Positions 1 to 10,528 of a DNA stretch of 64,000 nt are shown here, in pieces. The translations under genes and the position numbers were made by a program. Within the stretch, counting starts at the first letter, position 1. Every line of letters begins with the position of its first letter. The stretch is from Thermodesulfobacteriota bacterium (GTDB lineage: Bacteria > Desulfobacterota_D > UBA1144 > Nemesobacterales > UBA2774), in the NCBI GenBank assembly GCA_965223335.1, contig OZ244991.1:32001-96000 (forward strand). The letters run 5' to 3'. The notes below the pieces were generated by a model. It saw only the letters and a list, made by a program, of their open reading frames with translations, ran no database searches and was not told where the DNA came from.

Positions 1-1658
1 CCTGCACGCTCCCTCGTAAGACCTCCCGGTCCCAGAGCGCTTAGCCTCCTCTTATGAGTAATTTCCGAAAGAGGGTTCGTTTGATCCATAAATTGCGAAA
101 GCTGACCCGTGGCGAAAAACTCTTTTACCACGGATATAACAGTCTTCGGTATTAATAGTTCACTAGGCATCAGGTTCTCTACAGCCTGGTAGCCCATCTT
201 CTCTTTTACAGACCTCGCAAGGCGCTCAAGTCCGTGATAGAACCTGTCCTCTATTAACTCGCCTACGGTTCTCACACGCCTGTTGCCCAGGTGGTCAATA
301 TCGTCGGTGCTTCCCCTGCCACCACGAAGGTCGAGCAAGTAACGTACCGATTCGAGAATATCCTCCCTGGTCAATGTCGAGACATCGTCTGAGATGCCGT
401 GGTTAAGCTTATAGTTGATTTTCAGACGCCCCACATGCGAGAGCCTGTAGGTGTCGGGATTAAAAAACATGTTCTCAAAAAACGTCTCCGCCACACTTGG
501 TGTGGGCGGGTCTGTGGGCCTGAATTTTTTGTAAATCTCTGTAATGGCCTCTTCTTTTGTCGTCACTTTATCGGCAACCACAGTGTTTCTTAATGACGAG
601 ATAACCGATACGTTATCGATATAGAACACGCCGAACTCTTTTATCTCTTTTTCTTTAAGCAGGTTTATTTTTTCTTCCGTTATAAGTTCGTTGAAGTTGA
701 GTATTATCTCGCCGGTCTCAGGGTCTGCTACGTCCTCGGCAGCGTATCTCTCTACAAGCTCGATCTCATTTATAGGTATGGTTTTTAGTTTGGCCGTCTT
801 AAGTTTTTCTATAATATTACGTACAAACCTTCTGCCGGATTTTACCAGTACATCGCCTGTTTTAGGGTCTGGGATTTCTGCGCTTGCTCGCTGATATGGC
901 AGTATATCAAAATTGAGCGACTTGCTGAAATTACCGTCTTTGATATATATGGTTTCAATGGGATAGTAGTGGTGCATTATCTCCCGCGCATTAAGACCAA
1001 GGGCTTTAAGCAACACTGAGACTAGAAATTTCTTTTTCCTATCGATCCTCACATGCATGTTGTCTTTTGAGTCAAACTCAAAATCTATCCATCTGCCGTC
1101 ATGCGGCACAATTCGTGCTGTGAACGTGGATTTACCCACACTCGTTTCCTTGTTCTTTACCTGGTCAAAGAACACACCCGGCGAGCGGTGCAGCTGGTTT
1201 ACAATGACCCTCTCTGTACCGTTTACTATGAATGAACCGTTTGGAGTCATTAGGGGGATTTCGCCAAAGTACACTTCCTGCTCTTTAACGTCTCTTATGG
1301 TTAACTGGTCGCTATCCTCCGACTCGGTATCCCATATAACCAAGCGAAAGGTAACGTAGAGTGGTGCTACATAGGTATAGCCCTTAAGCCTGCATTCCGC
1401 AGCCTCATATTTGGGTTTGTCGAGCCGGTAGCTTATATACTCTAACGACGCTTTCTCGTTATAATCCTCAATAGGGAATACGGTCTTAAATGCATTGTGA
1501 AGCCCGATATCCTCTCGGTCTTCATGCTTCACCTCAGCTTGTAGGAACGTAAAATACGACTCTACCTGTACCTCGAGGAGGTGGGGGATCTCGAGAACGG
1601 ATGGTATATTAGAAAAACTCTTCCTTAGTTTATATGCCTCAAGCCCATCTATACTCAA
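1..1658 (-). CDS. rpoB: RNA polymerase beta subunit, 5' part (runs off the left edge; not in the ORF track)
   Basis: Manual translation: probable TTG start at 1658 ([31 protein letters not shown]). The same frame gives [40 protein letters not shown] at the left edge. Lies downstream of rplL. Confidence 0.97.
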   Translation of the reverse strand, partial: [552 protein letters not shown]

Positions 1659-1919
1659 ATTACTTTACCCCCTTCTATTATGTGTTCAATCCCGGTACTT
1701 CCAACATCTCACGGCACTAAAATGCCGTACAAATCCACTAGGTTTCGACAGAGTTATTGCATCAAAACCCTATGCCCAATCTAACGGTGTATGGTCTATT
1801 CGCTGCGAACCACATTTTAGACGCAACGATAGTGCGGTCAGCCTCAACTGATGCCACACTACCATGTAAAAACCTTTTGGATATGTACCCTGCCGATACT
1901 ATGATTCACCTGCCAGCGG

Positions 1920-2312
1920 TTAGCTGATCTCAACCTCAGCACCGACCTCTTCAAGCTTCTTCTTAATTTCGTCGGCTTCTTCTTTAGGAACACCCTCTTT
2001 AACAGCCTTAGGAGCACTCTCCACCAGCTCTTTAGCCTCTTTAAGACCCAGTGATGTTACCTCTCTAACAGCTTTAATCACCTGAATCTTATTGTCGCCG
2101 ATGCCCTTAATCACAACATTGAAATCGGTTTTCTCAGCCTCCGCTGCACCACCCTCAGCACCTGCGGCACCCGGAGCAGCCGCTACAGCCACCTGGGGGG
2201 CTGCTGCAGTTACATCAAATTTATCCTCAATCTCCTTAATCAGCTCCGAGATCTCAAGCATGCTTGCTTTCTCAAGATACGTAAGAACATCGGCCCTCGT
2301 AATGTCAGCCAT
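1920..2312 (-). CDS. rplL: 50S ribosomal protein L7/L12
   Basis: [24 protein letters not shown] motif and Ala-rich hinge. Start moved to ATG 2312 behind AGGAGG. Confidence 0.98.
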   Translation of the reverse strand: MADITRADVLTYLEKASMLEISELIKEIEDKFDVTAAAPQVAVAAAPGAAGAEGGAAEAEKTDFNVVIKGIGDNKIQVIKAVREVTSLGLKEAKELVESAPKAVKEGVPKEEADEIKKKLEEVGAEVEIS

Positions 2313-2363
2313 TATATACAAACCTCCTTAATAATGTTGAGAACATATTTAGTTTTTGACTTA

Positions 2364-2888
2364 CTATTCGTTTTCTTTTGTTTCCTTAATTGCCGTCAAT
2401 GCATACAAAAGCTTGCTCTGCATCTGCTTAGTAACCCCGAGGAAATTCGATATGGGAGCTTTAAGCATCCCCATCAGTTGTGCAAGCATCTCTTCGCGGG
2501 ACGGTAGCTTAGAGAGCTGGGCAATATCCTCTGCACCGACTACTTTACCCTCAACAATCCCGCCTTTTATCTTTAAGTTCGGGTTGTCCTTACCGGTCTT
2601 TACAAACACCTTTGCAATCGATGCCGGGTCACTCTCGCAAATTGCAACTGCAGTGGGCCCTACAAACAAGTCCTCAATCTGCTCGACCTCTGTGTCTTTC
2701 GATGCCTTGATCAAAAGAGTATTTTTCACAACCTGCAGACTGCCCTCGGCCTTGCCGAGGTCAGAACGAAGCCCCTCCATCTCCTTCACAGTCAACCCCT
2801 TGTACTCCACTACTAGAACGGACGGGTTGGCCTTGAATGCATCGTTATACTTGTCGATGATATCCTGTTTTGCCGCTTTGGTTAACAT
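2364..2888 (-). CDS. rplJ: 50S ribosomal protein L10
   Basis: YKGLTV, VVKNTL, LSKLPSREE motifs; between rplA and rplL. Confidence 0.97.
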   Translation of the reverse strand: MLTKAAKQDIIDKYNDAFKANPSVLVVEYKGLTVKEMEGLRSDLGKAEGSLQVVKNTLLIKASKDTEVEQIEDLFVGPTAVAICESDPASIAKVFVKTGKDNPNLKIKGGIVEGKVVGAEDIAQLSKLPSREEMLAQLMGMLKAPISNFLGVTKQMQSKLLYALTAIKETKENE

Positions 2889-2949
2889 TACATACTCCTT
2901 GGTAATATAATCCTACCGGGCCTCTTAACACCCCATTGCACTCATAGTA

Positions 2950-3675
2950 TTATGCCGCTATCTCAAACCCCTTTAACTGCTCTCTAACATTAGCAAAATC
3001 AACTTTAATCCCGGGGCCCATCGTGTTTGCTATAGTTATCTTCCTAACAAAAGTGCCCTTCGAAGACGATGGTTTAATTTTTATCAGGTTATCCATGAAG
3101 ACCAAGAAATTATCTTTTAGTTTAGACTGCCCGAACGAAACCTTGCCAAGCGGTGCATGGACAACCCCGCCTTTATCGTTTTTAACCTCTATACGCCCCG
3201 CCTTAGCCTCTTTCACTGCATCCGCAATATCGAACGTCACCGTGCCGACTTTGGGGCTTGGCATAAGACCCCTCGGGCCCAGCACCTTACCCAACTTACC
3301 TACCGAGCTCATAAGGTCCGGCGTAGAGATAGAAACATCAAAATCAAGCCAGTTCTCTTTAGAAATTTTATCTACTAAATCGTCATCCCCTACATGGTCG
3401 GCACCTGCCTGCTCGGCCTCTTTTGCCTTCTCACCCTTTGCGAATACAAGCACTTTGATGTCCTTTCCTATCCCATGCGGGAGCACAAGACCAGTACGAA
3501 TCTGCTGGCTGGCCTGACGCGCGTCAATACCCAGTTTTACCGATATCTCTACGGTCTCATCAAATTTTGCAGTCTTTGTTTTCTCTATGAGCTCAAGGGC
3601 TTCATCCAGAGTGTAGCTCTCTTTTTCTTCAACTGCTTTTTTGGCTTCCAAGTATTTTTTACCGTTCGTAGGCAT
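2950..3675 (-). CDS. rplA: 50S ribosomal protein L1
   Basis: [30 protein letters not shown]. Start set at ATG 3675 behind AAGGAG. Confidence 0.98.
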   Translation of the reverse strand: MPTNGKKYLEAKKAVEEKESYTLDEALELIEKTKTAKFDETVEISVKLGIDARQASQQIRTGLVLPHGIGKDIKVLVFAKGEKAKEAEQAGADHVGDDDLVDKISKENWLDFDVSISTPDLMSSVGKLGKVLGPRGLMPSPKVGTVTFDIADAVKEAKAGRIEVKNDKGGVVHAPLGKVSFGQSKLKDNFLVFMDNLIKIKPSSSKGTFVRKITIANTMGPGIKVDFANVREQLKGFEIAA

Positions 3676-3731
3676 TGTTATCTCCTTATTATTGCCGCCC
3701 AATAATCACCCGAGCATTAACCCAATGTGGG

Positions 3732-4148
3732 TCATTCCACGTCTATACCCATACTCCTTGCCGTACCCTCGACAATCCTAGATGCCGACTCCAGGCTCTC
3801 AGTGTTCAGATCCGGCAATTTAGTTTTTGCAATCTCCTCTACCTGAGCCTTTGATACCTTCCCCACTTTTACCCTGGGTGTTTCACCCGAGGCCTTATCC
3901 ACTCCCGCTGCTTTTTTAAGTAGATACGAAACCGGGGGTGTTTTAACTATGTACGAGAACGATCTGTCTGCATACACGGTAACTACTACTGGCAAAAGCC
4001 CCTCTGCCTTAGAGGTCTCTGCATTAAAGGCCTTGCAGAACTCCATTATGTTCACACCCCTTTGTCCCAAAGCGGGCCCTACAGGGGGTGAGGGATTTGC
4101 CTTACCGGCCTCTACCAATAGTTTTATATAACCGTCAATCTTTTTCAT
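3732..4148 (-). CDS. rplK: 50S ribosomal protein L11
   Basis: [29 protein letters not shown] and GTARSMG. Start ATG 4148. Confidence 0.98.
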   Translation of the reverse strand: MKKIDGYIKLLVEAGKANPSPPVGPALGQRGVNIMEFCKAFNAETSKAEGLLPVVVTVYADRSFSYIVKTPPVSYLLKKAAGVDKASGETPRVKVGKVSKAQVEEIAKTKLPDLNTESLESASRIVEGTARSMGIDVE

Positions 4149-4149
4149 A

Positions 4150-4707
4150 TTAAATCTTCTCCACTTGGTTAAAATCAAGTTCAATTGGAGTCGTTCTACC
4201 GAAAATAGTAACCAGCACCTGCACCTTGGCCTTCTCCTGCTTCACCTCTTCTATGGTGCCGGAGAAGTTTGCAAACGGGCCCTCTATGACCTTTACGGTC
4301 TCTCCCTTCTCAAAAGTAATTTTCGGTTTCGGCTTTAACGTCCCCTCTTGGATCTGCTGCTTAATCTTATCGACCTCCTGCTGCTGTACATCGGGCACAG
4401 AGTCGGGGTCTATTTTACCGTCTTTTAGTTTCCCTCCGACAAACCCTATTACCTTAGGTATGTTTCTGATGAAATGCCAGCTCTGGTCGTTAAGATCCAT
4501 GTTAATCAGTATATAGCCCGGGAAAAACTTTCTTACAGATGTTTTCTTTTTCCCGCCTTTAACCGGCTCCACAATAGTCTCTGTGGGTATCAACACCTCT
4601 TTTATTAAATCGAAACAGCCCTCTTTTTTAACTGTATCTTCGATATAAGTCTTTACCCGGTCTTCAAACCCGGTATTAGTGTGAACTACATACCACCTGG
4701 TTGCCAT
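4150..4707 (-). CDS. nusG: Transcription termination/antitermination factor NusG
   Basis: WYVVHT, FFPGYIL, KOW motif [15 protein letters not shown]. Confidence 0.98.
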   Translation of the reverse strand: MATRWYVVHTNTGFEDRVKTYIEDTVKKEGCFDLIKEVLIPTETIVEPVKGGKKKTSVRKFFPGYILINMDLNDQSWHFIRNIPKVIGFVGGKLKDGKIDPDSVPDVQQQEVDKIKQQIQEGTLKPKPKITFEKGETVKVIEGPFANFSGTIEEVKQEKAKVQVLVTIFGRTTPIELDFNQVEKI

Positions 4708-4729
4708 ATGAATATTATTACTCCGTGCG

Positions 4730-4933
4730 TTAACTTAGTATAAATCTGACCAATAATGAGAATAGATAATCCACTCCGCCCAAAAATGCCGCGAACACTA
4801 CAGATATCACAATCACAGCCATCGTAGACTTTACTGTTTCGTCCTTAGACGGCCAGGTTATTCGCTTTACCTCAAGCTCAACATCTTTGGCAAATTGAGA
4901 AGTATCGGCTGTAATATCTTTTATCTTTTCCAT
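4730..4933 (-). CDS. secE: Preprotein translocase SecE (short, single TM)
   Basis: EVKRITWPS motif plus one TM helix; between tRNA-Trp and nusG. Confidence 0.95.
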   Translation of the reverse strand: MEKIKDITADTSQFAKDVELEVKRITWPSKDETVKSTMAVIVISVVFAAFLGGVDYLFSLLVRFILS

Positions 4934-4949
4934 GGTAGTTATCCGTATG

Positions 4950-5023
4950 CAGGGCAGGAGGGAATCGAACCCCCAACCGCTGGATTTGGAGTCCAGTGCT
5001 CTCCCTAATTGAGCTACTGCCCT
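4950..5023 (-). tRNA. tRNA-Trp (CCA)
   Basis: AGGGCAG acceptor stem, anticodon arm CTGGA-CTCCAAA-TCCAG, GGTTCGATTCC T-loop. 3' CCA not encoded. Confidence 0.95.
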
Positions 5024-5043
5024 ATCCAGAAATGTTCAAAGTT

Positions 5044-5202
5044 CTACTTTGTCTCCTTATGCGCCGTGTGGCGTTTACACCATTTACAGTACTTATTAAA
5101 CTCGAATTTATCGCGATGGTTCTGCTTGTTTTTCGTGGTCGAGTAGTTGCGTCTCTTACACTCGCTGCATGCCAATGTTACCAATACTGTGTTATCTCCC
5201 AT
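5044..5202 (-). CDS. rpmG: 50S ribosomal protein L33, Zn-binding form (not in the ORF track)
   Basis: Manual translation [52 protein letters not shown]; two CxxC motifs. Confidence 0.96.
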   Translation of the reverse strand: MGDNTVLVTLACSECKRRNYSTTKNKQNHRDKFEFNKYCKWCKRHTAHKETK

Positions 5203-5209
5203 TGTCTCC

Positions 5210-6394
5210 TTACTCCACTATACTTGTTACTACACCTGCTCCCACTGTCCGGCCGCCCTCGCGGATAGCAAACCTCAACTGCTCTTCCATTGCCACCGGT
5301 GCTATCAACTCCACATCCATGTTGATATTGTCACCAGGCATAACCATCTCTACTCCCTCAGGCAGCACTATACTCCCTGTTACGTCCGTCGTCCTCAAAT
5401 AAAACTGCGGGCGGTAACCAGGGAAAAACGGCGTGTGCCTTCCCCCCTCTTCTTTCTTCAACACATATACCTCTGCCTTAAACTTCGTGTGTGGTGTGAT
5501 GCTTCCAGGGGCTGCCAATACCTGTCCCCTCTCCACTTCGTCCTTGCCTACTCCCCTAAGAAGCACTCCTACATTGTCTCCTGCTATAGCATCGTCTAGG
5601 ATCTTACGAAACATCTCTAGGCTCGTTGCCACGGTCTTTCGTGTCTCGCCAAAACCCACTATCTCCACCTCGTCTCCTGCAAGTATCTTCCCTCTCTCTA
5701 CTCTACCCGTTACCACTGTGCCTCTTCCCGAGATCGTAAACACATCCTCTATTGCCATCAAAAACGGCTTGTCCATCTCCCTTACGGGCTCTGGAACGTA
5801 CTCGTCCACTGCTTTCATAAGCTCGAGTATCTGCTCCTCTGCCCCAGCGTCCTCCTCAAGAGCCTTTAATGCACTTACCCTTACCACCGGCACATCGTCC
5901 CCGGGGAACCCGTACTGGCTCAACAGGTCTCTTACCTCTAGTTCCACCAGGTCTAATAGTTCTTCGTCGTCCATCATATCTACTTTATTTAGTGCTACCA
6001 CTATGTAGGGCACTCCTACCTGACGGGCAAGCAGTATGTGCTCTCGGGTCTGGGGCATCGGGCCGTCGGGAGCGCTTACCACTAGGATTGCTCCGTCCAT
6101 CTGTGCTGCTCCGGTGATCATGTTCTTTACATAGTCTGCGTGTCCCGGGCAGTCTACGTGCGCGTAGTGGCGGTTCTCTGTCTCGTACTCTACGTGGGCT
6201 ATATTAATTGTTATGCCGCGCTCTTTCTCTTCGGGGGCCTTGTCTATGTCCTCAAACTCCACAAACGCTGCACTCCCCGCTTTCTCCAGTACCTTCGTTA
6301 TTGCTGCGGTTAACGTGGTCTTACCATGGTCCACGTGTCCTACTGTCCCTATGTTTAGGTGCGGCTTCCCTCTCTCAAATCGCTCCTTTGACAT
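5210..6394 (-). CDS. tuf: Elongation factor Tu
   Basis: [31 protein letters not shown]. Confidence 0.99.
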   Translation of the reverse strand: MSKERFERGKPHLNIGTVGHVDHGKTTLTAAITKVLEKAGSAAFVEFEDIDKAPEEKERGITINIAHVEYETENRHYAHVDCPGHADYVKNMITGAAQMDGAILVVSAPDGPMPQTREHILLARQVGVPYIVVALNKVDMMDDEELLDLVELEVRDLLSQYGFPGDDVPVVRVSALKALEEDAGAEEQILELMKAVDEYVPEPVREMDKPFLMAIEDVFTISGRGTVVTGRVERGKILAGDEVEIVGFGETRKTVATSLEMFRKILDDAIAGDNVGVLLRGVGKDEVERGQVLAAPGSITPHTKFKAEVYVLKKEEGGRHTPFFPGYRPQFYLRTTDVTGSIVLPEGVEMVMPGDNINMDVELIAPVAMEEQLRFAIREGGRTVGAGVVTSIVE

Positions 6395-6442
6395 CGATTA
6401 CTACCTCCTTATTTTGTATACACATAGTATTTCTCGGCCCAA

Positions 6443-6518
6443 TGGAGCCCACGAGCGGACTTGAACCGCTGACCTCATCCTTACCAAGGATGTGCTCTAC
6501 CGACTGAGCTACGTGGGC
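6443..6518 (-). tRNA. tRNA-Thr (GGT)
   Basis: GCCCACG...CATCC-TTGGTAA-GGATG...GGTTCAAGTCC...CGTGGGCTCCA, 76 nt. Confidence 0.97.
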
Positions 6519-6528
6519 AATGTTGCTT

Positions 6529-6605
6529 TGGAGCGGGAGACGGGATTCGAACCCGCGACCCTCAGCTTGGAAGGCTGATGCTCTAGCCAACTGAGCTACT
6601 CCCGC
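6529..6605 (-). tRNA. tRNA-Gly (TCC)
   Basis: GCGGGAG...TCAGC-CTTCCAA-GCTGA...GGTTCGAATCC...CTCCCGCTCCA. Confidence 0.97.
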
Positions 6606-6681
6606 AGAAAATAGGGTAAAGCAATCAACCGCCCAAATATTATTGCATTCATCGTGTGTATTGACCCCATAGTACTTGGCA

Positions 6682-6764
6682 TGGGGAGGGCAGGATTCGA
6701 ACCTACGTAGGCTTGCACCGGCAGATTTACAGTCTGCTGCTTTTGACCACTCAGCCACCTCCCC
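6682..6764 (-). tRNA. tRNA-Tyr (GTA)
   Basis: GGGGAGG acceptor stem, GCAGA-CTGTAAA-TCTGC anticodon arm, long variable arm. 3' CCA not encoded. Confidence 0.95.
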
Positions 6765-6814
6765 GAACTTGGGATCATTTATTTCATGTGTATGTATATG
6801 CATTGTAAATGATC

Positions 6815-6890
6815 TGGAGCTGGCGAAGGGACTTGAACCCCCGACCTGCTGATTACAAATCAGCTGCTCTACCAACTGAGCTACGCCAGC
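6815..6890 (-). tRNA. tRNA-Thr (TGT)
   Basis: GCTGGCG...GCTGA-TTTGTAA-TCAGC...CGCCAGCTCCA. Completes the classical Thr-Tyr-Gly-Thr-tuf cluster. Confidence 0.97.
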
Positions 6891-6969
6891 CGTATGAAAT
6901 TATAGATACACCTTATGGCTTCTCCGTACACTCAAATTGGATATACCTCGCCTCTCTATGAAACGAGTA

Positions 6970-6998
6970 ATATTAACGATGAATACGTAGTTTGTCAA
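6970..6998 (-). promoter_or_regulatory. Sigma70-type promoter of the tRNA-tuf operon
   Basis: TTGACA-17 nt-TAATAT on the minus strand, about 80 nt upstream of tRNA-Thr. Confidence 0.65.
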
Positions 6999-7029
6999 AT
7001 AGTTCTACAAAGAAAAAAGAACAATGATA

Positions 7030-7464
7030 TCAGTACAGAGAAACCATAATCTCGGCCTCGGCGACTTTGGAGTCACCCACATGGGCCTCGCCCTTAAACT
7101 GCATCACTCTCGACCGCTTTTTTACGAGACTCACAGACAGTATGAGCCTGTCCCCGGGCTCTACGGGTTTTCGGAATCTAACATTCTCAAGACCCATAAG
7201 ATACGCACCTTGTATGCCCTTGGACTGAAACTCCTCTTTATAAGAGGAGTTAATCAATACCCCGCCCGCCTGCGCTAAGGCTTCGGTAATTATAACACCC
7301 GGTACGATCGGGTACCCAGGGAAATGCCCTCGAAAGAAGTCCAGCTCAGGACCGAAAGTCTTTGCAGCCTTAATCCTCACCCCCTCTTCTATCTCGAGCA
7401 CTTCGTCTACGAATAAAAAAGGGGCACGGTGAGGTATAAGCTCTTTTATGCACTCTATATCCAT
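7030..7464 (-). CDS. fabZ: 3-hydroxyacyl-ACP dehydratase
   Basis: IPHRAPFLFVD, FFRGHFPGYPIVPGVIITEALAQ, FRKPVEPGD. Confidence 0.93.
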   Translation of the reverse strand: MDIECIKELIPHRAPFLFVDEVLEIEEGVRIKAAKTFGPELDFFRGHFPGYPIVPGVIITEALAQAGGVLINSSYKEEFQSKGIQGAYLMGLENVRFRKPVEPGDRLILSVSLVKKRSRVMQFKGEAHVGDSKVAEAEIMVSLY

Positions 7465-7495
7465 AAAGATTCAAATAATAGGTCTAATTTATGCC

Positions 7496-8008
7496 TTATT
7501 TCTTTGCATCATAGGCCTGGATTACCTTGGGAGTCACATCTATAGCGGTGTTAGCATACACAACCCCGCCCTCTGTCACCTCAACTATCATGGTATATCC
7601 ATCTGTCTGCCCTATGTTTTGCAGTATGCTTTCCAGGTCTTGTAGAATCTGCTGAGTGAGCTCAAGGTCCTTTCTCTGCAGGTCGTCTCTGAAATCCTGA
7701 CGGGTCCTGTTTAGGTCCTTGTCCAGTTTATCAATCTGCTCGGCTTTCTGTTTCCTTGTGGTGTCGTTCATCACAGGAGCGTTTTGTATAAAATCACGAC
7801 GAAGCGACTCCAACTGGCTCTGCTTGCTTTCAATAATCTGCTTTTTGCGCTGAAACTCGCTCTCGAAAGCCGATTTCGCAGCTTTGCCCGCCTTAGAATC
7901 CCTAATCACCCTCTGCAGATCTATCACACCCAGTTTTGTGGTACCCTGGGCATATGCAAATCCGCTCATCAATATCAGCACTCCCAGTGCCATAAACAAT
8001 GCTCTCAT
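7496..8008 (-). CDS. skp: OmpH/Skp periplasmic chaperone
   Basis: Signal peptide, KLGVIDLQRV, coiled-coil body, IDVT end; directly downstream of bamA. Confidence 0.9.
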   Translation of the reverse strand: MRALFMALGVLILMSGFAYAQGTTKLGVIDLQRVIRDSKAGKAAKSAFESEFQRKKQIIESKQSQLESLRRDFIQNAPVMNDTTRKQKAEQIDKLDKDLNRTRQDFRDDLQRKDLELTQQILQDLESILQNIGQTDGYTMIVEVTEGGVVYANTAIDVTPKVIQAYDAKK

Positions 8009-8029
8009 TATTACTACCTCCTTCTTAAC

Positions 8030-10528
8030 TTAGAATAATGTTCCTACAGTAAACTGTATTTCAAACGATTTTTCATCCGGCAGTCTGTCTCCTATTGGGA
8101 ACCCAACCTCAAGGCGAAGCGGTCCGAGCGGCGATAGCCATCTCATCCCCACACCCCAGTCCTTACGCAGATCCGCAGGATTAAACGTCAACTTCTCACC
8201 ATCATTAAACGAGTTACCAATATCAAAGAAGATCACTCCTTTTAGCCCAACCGAAGGTATGATCGGAAATATGTAGTCTACAGAAAACAGCAGTTCCTGC
8301 ACACCACCGATAATAACAAAACCTCCGTCTTCGGTAGGCACCCTAGGGCCGACCCTCCTAAAACCGAACCCACGCAGTGTATTGGGACCGCCTAGGAAAA
8401 ACCTTTCCCCTACCACTAGATCGTTCCCTACGTTACGAAAATCTATAACACCGTACCGCACGCGTGGTGTAATCACCGTACCGAACCATAGCGGGAACCA
8501 CGATCTTGAAGATAAAGTATATTTAAGAAAATCCGTATTTCCACCCAAAGGCCCGCCCGCGTACTCAATTGCCGTTCTGGTCAGGTTTCCCTTGGTCGGG
8601 TCCAGCAGATTGTTTCTCGAATCCCAACGGAGCCCCGCACTCAGACTGCTTATAGTACGTTTAGAGCGAGTTAGGATAAGCCTTGCGTCCTGGTCAATGT
8701 TACCGATTTTAAGGTCCTCAAGCCTGTATGTAAGCGTGCCGTATAACTGCCTCCAGATCCTACGCCCGAGCGTTATACTCCCTCCAAACGACTCCCTGTC
8801 AAAATCCCTAAACCTTCTATCTGTCCTAAAAATCACCGCATCCAGCGACCAGTCCGTATCCAAAAAATTAGGGTCCTGATAATTAATAAAAAACAACTGC
8901 GTTACTCCGCCTATTTGAGCGTTAAGCGAGAGCCGCTTACCATATCCAAAGAGGTTTGCCTCCTGGATCTGGCCGGCGAAAATAAATGTCTCTACCGAGC
9001 TAAAACCACCTGCCACGCTGAAAAACCCTGTGGACTTTTCATCCACTTTCACCTTCAGGTCGAGCTGGTCCTCTGTGCCCGGGACCCGCTCATTCGCTAC
9101 CTCTACGTTTTCCTCAAAGAACCCGAGCCTTGTAACACGGGCCTTAATAGACTCGACTGCAGAAGCATTATAGAGCCTTTGCTCTTGGATTGGGATCTCT
9201 CTTCTTATTACTTTGTCACGAGTACGTTTGTTGCCTACAATATCGATTCTTCTTATATAGACCTCGGGCCCCTTCTCAATGTTAAATGCGATGTCCACAG
9301 TTTTATTAGGCCTATCGACATTAAACCCGGGCTCCACGTTTGCAAATGCATAACCCTTGTCCCCGTAAAAGGTTGTAAGTCGTGCAATATCCCTTGCCAA
9401 CTGGCCTCCGCTGAATATCTCCCCCGACTCTAAACCCAACAGCTCGTCCAGTTCCTCTACAGGCACTATGATATCGCCAGAGTATGTAATGGTTGATATG
9501 GTAAACTGGTTACCCTCTTCTATCCTAAACGTGACGATATAACCGTCTTTATCCTCGCTATAGACGACTTCGGGTTTGCTCACTTTTGCATCCAGATAAC
9601 CGTTATCGATATATATAGTTCTAATACGTTCAGAGTCGCGATTTATCTCTTCGAGGTTATATAGCCCCTTTTTCGTAATAAACGATAAGAACCCCTTAGT
9701 CTTTGAATATAGGCCTTTTTTAATCTTTTTGGCTTTCAGGTTATCGTTGCCGTCAAATACCACTTCTTCTATAAAGGCTCTTTTTCCTTCACTGATATCA
9801 AATGTTACTCCTACTGTGCCTTCCCCCTCGGGTTCTATCTCAAAGCTTATCTCTGTGCCGACAAATCCCTCTGTGGAATAGAGGTTCTTAATTGCATCCT
9901 CGCTCTGCTTTACCTTATCGAGCTCAATTATCCTGCCCTCTTTTAGTGTTACTACCTCGAGTATTTTATCGCTCTTTACATCTTTGTTGCCCCTCACACG
10001 CAGATCTACCAATACCGGTTTTTCTTTCACCTCATAGATGAGCACCACACCCTCTGGGGTCCTATCTATCTTAGCAGTCACGTCCTCAAAGTAGCCTAGT
10101 TTAAATATGGTTTTGACGTCGGTCCTAACGGTCTGTGTGGAGAGCTCCTGGCCGACTTTGGAAGAGAGGTTTATTTCGATCAGCTCTTTTTCAATACGTC
10201 GGTTGCCCTCAACCTTTACTTCTATAATCGTATCGTTTTGGTCAACCCCAGGTGGGTCACCTTCCTCTACTACCTGCTCCCCTGTAGGACCGGGGTCATA
10301 GGGTGCGCCCTCGGGGGGGCCGCTTAAAATACTTTCATCCTCGGCCTCGGAAGGCTCAGACTCGGTTCCCGTTTCCTTGGTCTCGGACTCGTTGCCTATC
10401 TCATCCCAAACTTCTGAGTCAGACTTTGAATCCTGTCCGTAACCCTGGATAGACCCGACACAAAGAAGTAATGCAACTAGAATTAGTAATGGGGTAAATA
10501 TTCCCTTTTTCTTTTTATATGTTTCCAT
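8030..10528 (-). CDS. bamA: Outer membrane protein assembly factor BamA
   Basis: POTRA repeats (VEGNRRI, IVGNKRTRDKVIRRE), LRGF motif, WLSPLGPLRL, C-terminal Phe. Confidence 0.96.
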   Translation of the reverse strand: METYKKKKGIFTPLLILVALLLCVGSIQGYGQDSKSDSEVWDEIGNESETKETGTESEPSEAEDESILSGPPEGAPYDPGPTGEQVVEEGDPPGVDQNDTIIEVKVEGNRRIEKELIEINLSSKVGQELSTQTVRTDVKTIFKLGYFEDVTAKIDRTPEGVVLIYEVKEKPVLVDLRVRGNKDVKSDKILEVVTLKEGRIIELDKVKQSEDAIKNLYSTEGFVGTEISFEIEPEGEGTVGVTFDISEGKRAFIEEVVFDGNDNLKAKKIKKGLYSKTKGFLSFITKKGLYNLEEINRDSERIRTIYIDNGYLDAKVSKPEVVYSEDKDGYIVTFRIEEGNQFTISTITYSGDIIVPVEELDELLGLESGEIFSGGQLARDIARLTTFYGDKGYAFANVEPGFNVDRPNKTVDIAFNIEKGPEVYIRRIDIVGNKRTRDKVIRREIPIQEQRLYNASAVESIKARVTRLGFFEENVEVANERVPGTEDQLDLKVKVDEKSTGFFSVAGGFSSVETFIFAGQIQEANLFGYGKRLSLNAQIGGVTQLFFINYQDPNFLDTDWSLDAVIFRTDRRFRDFDRESFGGSITLGRRIWRQLYGTLTYRLEDLKIGNIDQDARLILTRSKRTISSLSAGLRWDSRNNLLDPTKGNLTRTAIEYAGGPLGGNTDFLKYTLSSRSWFPLWFGTVITPRVRYGVIDFRNVGNDLVVGERFFLGGPNTLRGFGFRRVGPRVPTEDGGFVIIGGVQELLFSVDYIFPIIPSVGLKGVIFFDIGNSFNDGEKLTFNPADLRKDWGVGMRWLSPLGPLRLEVGFPIGDRLPDEKSFEIQFTVGTLF

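Noticed and set aside
1..130. Possible intrinsic rifampicin resistance in RpoB cluster I
   Set aside because: The key residues (equivalents of E. coli Q513, D516, H526, S531) are all the sensitive type.
1659..1919. Structured ncRNA or attenuator between rplL and rpoB
   Set aside because: Only short hairpins (e.g. ACGGCA-6-TGCCGT at 1711-1728) with no U-tract or recognisable family.
2889..2949. L10 leader RNA upstream of rplJ
   Set aside because: Only 61 bp with one weak hairpin; the consensus could not be recognised by eye.
6375..6875. 166-aa and 60-aa ORFs upstream of tuf
   Set aside because: They overlap four clear tRNA genes.
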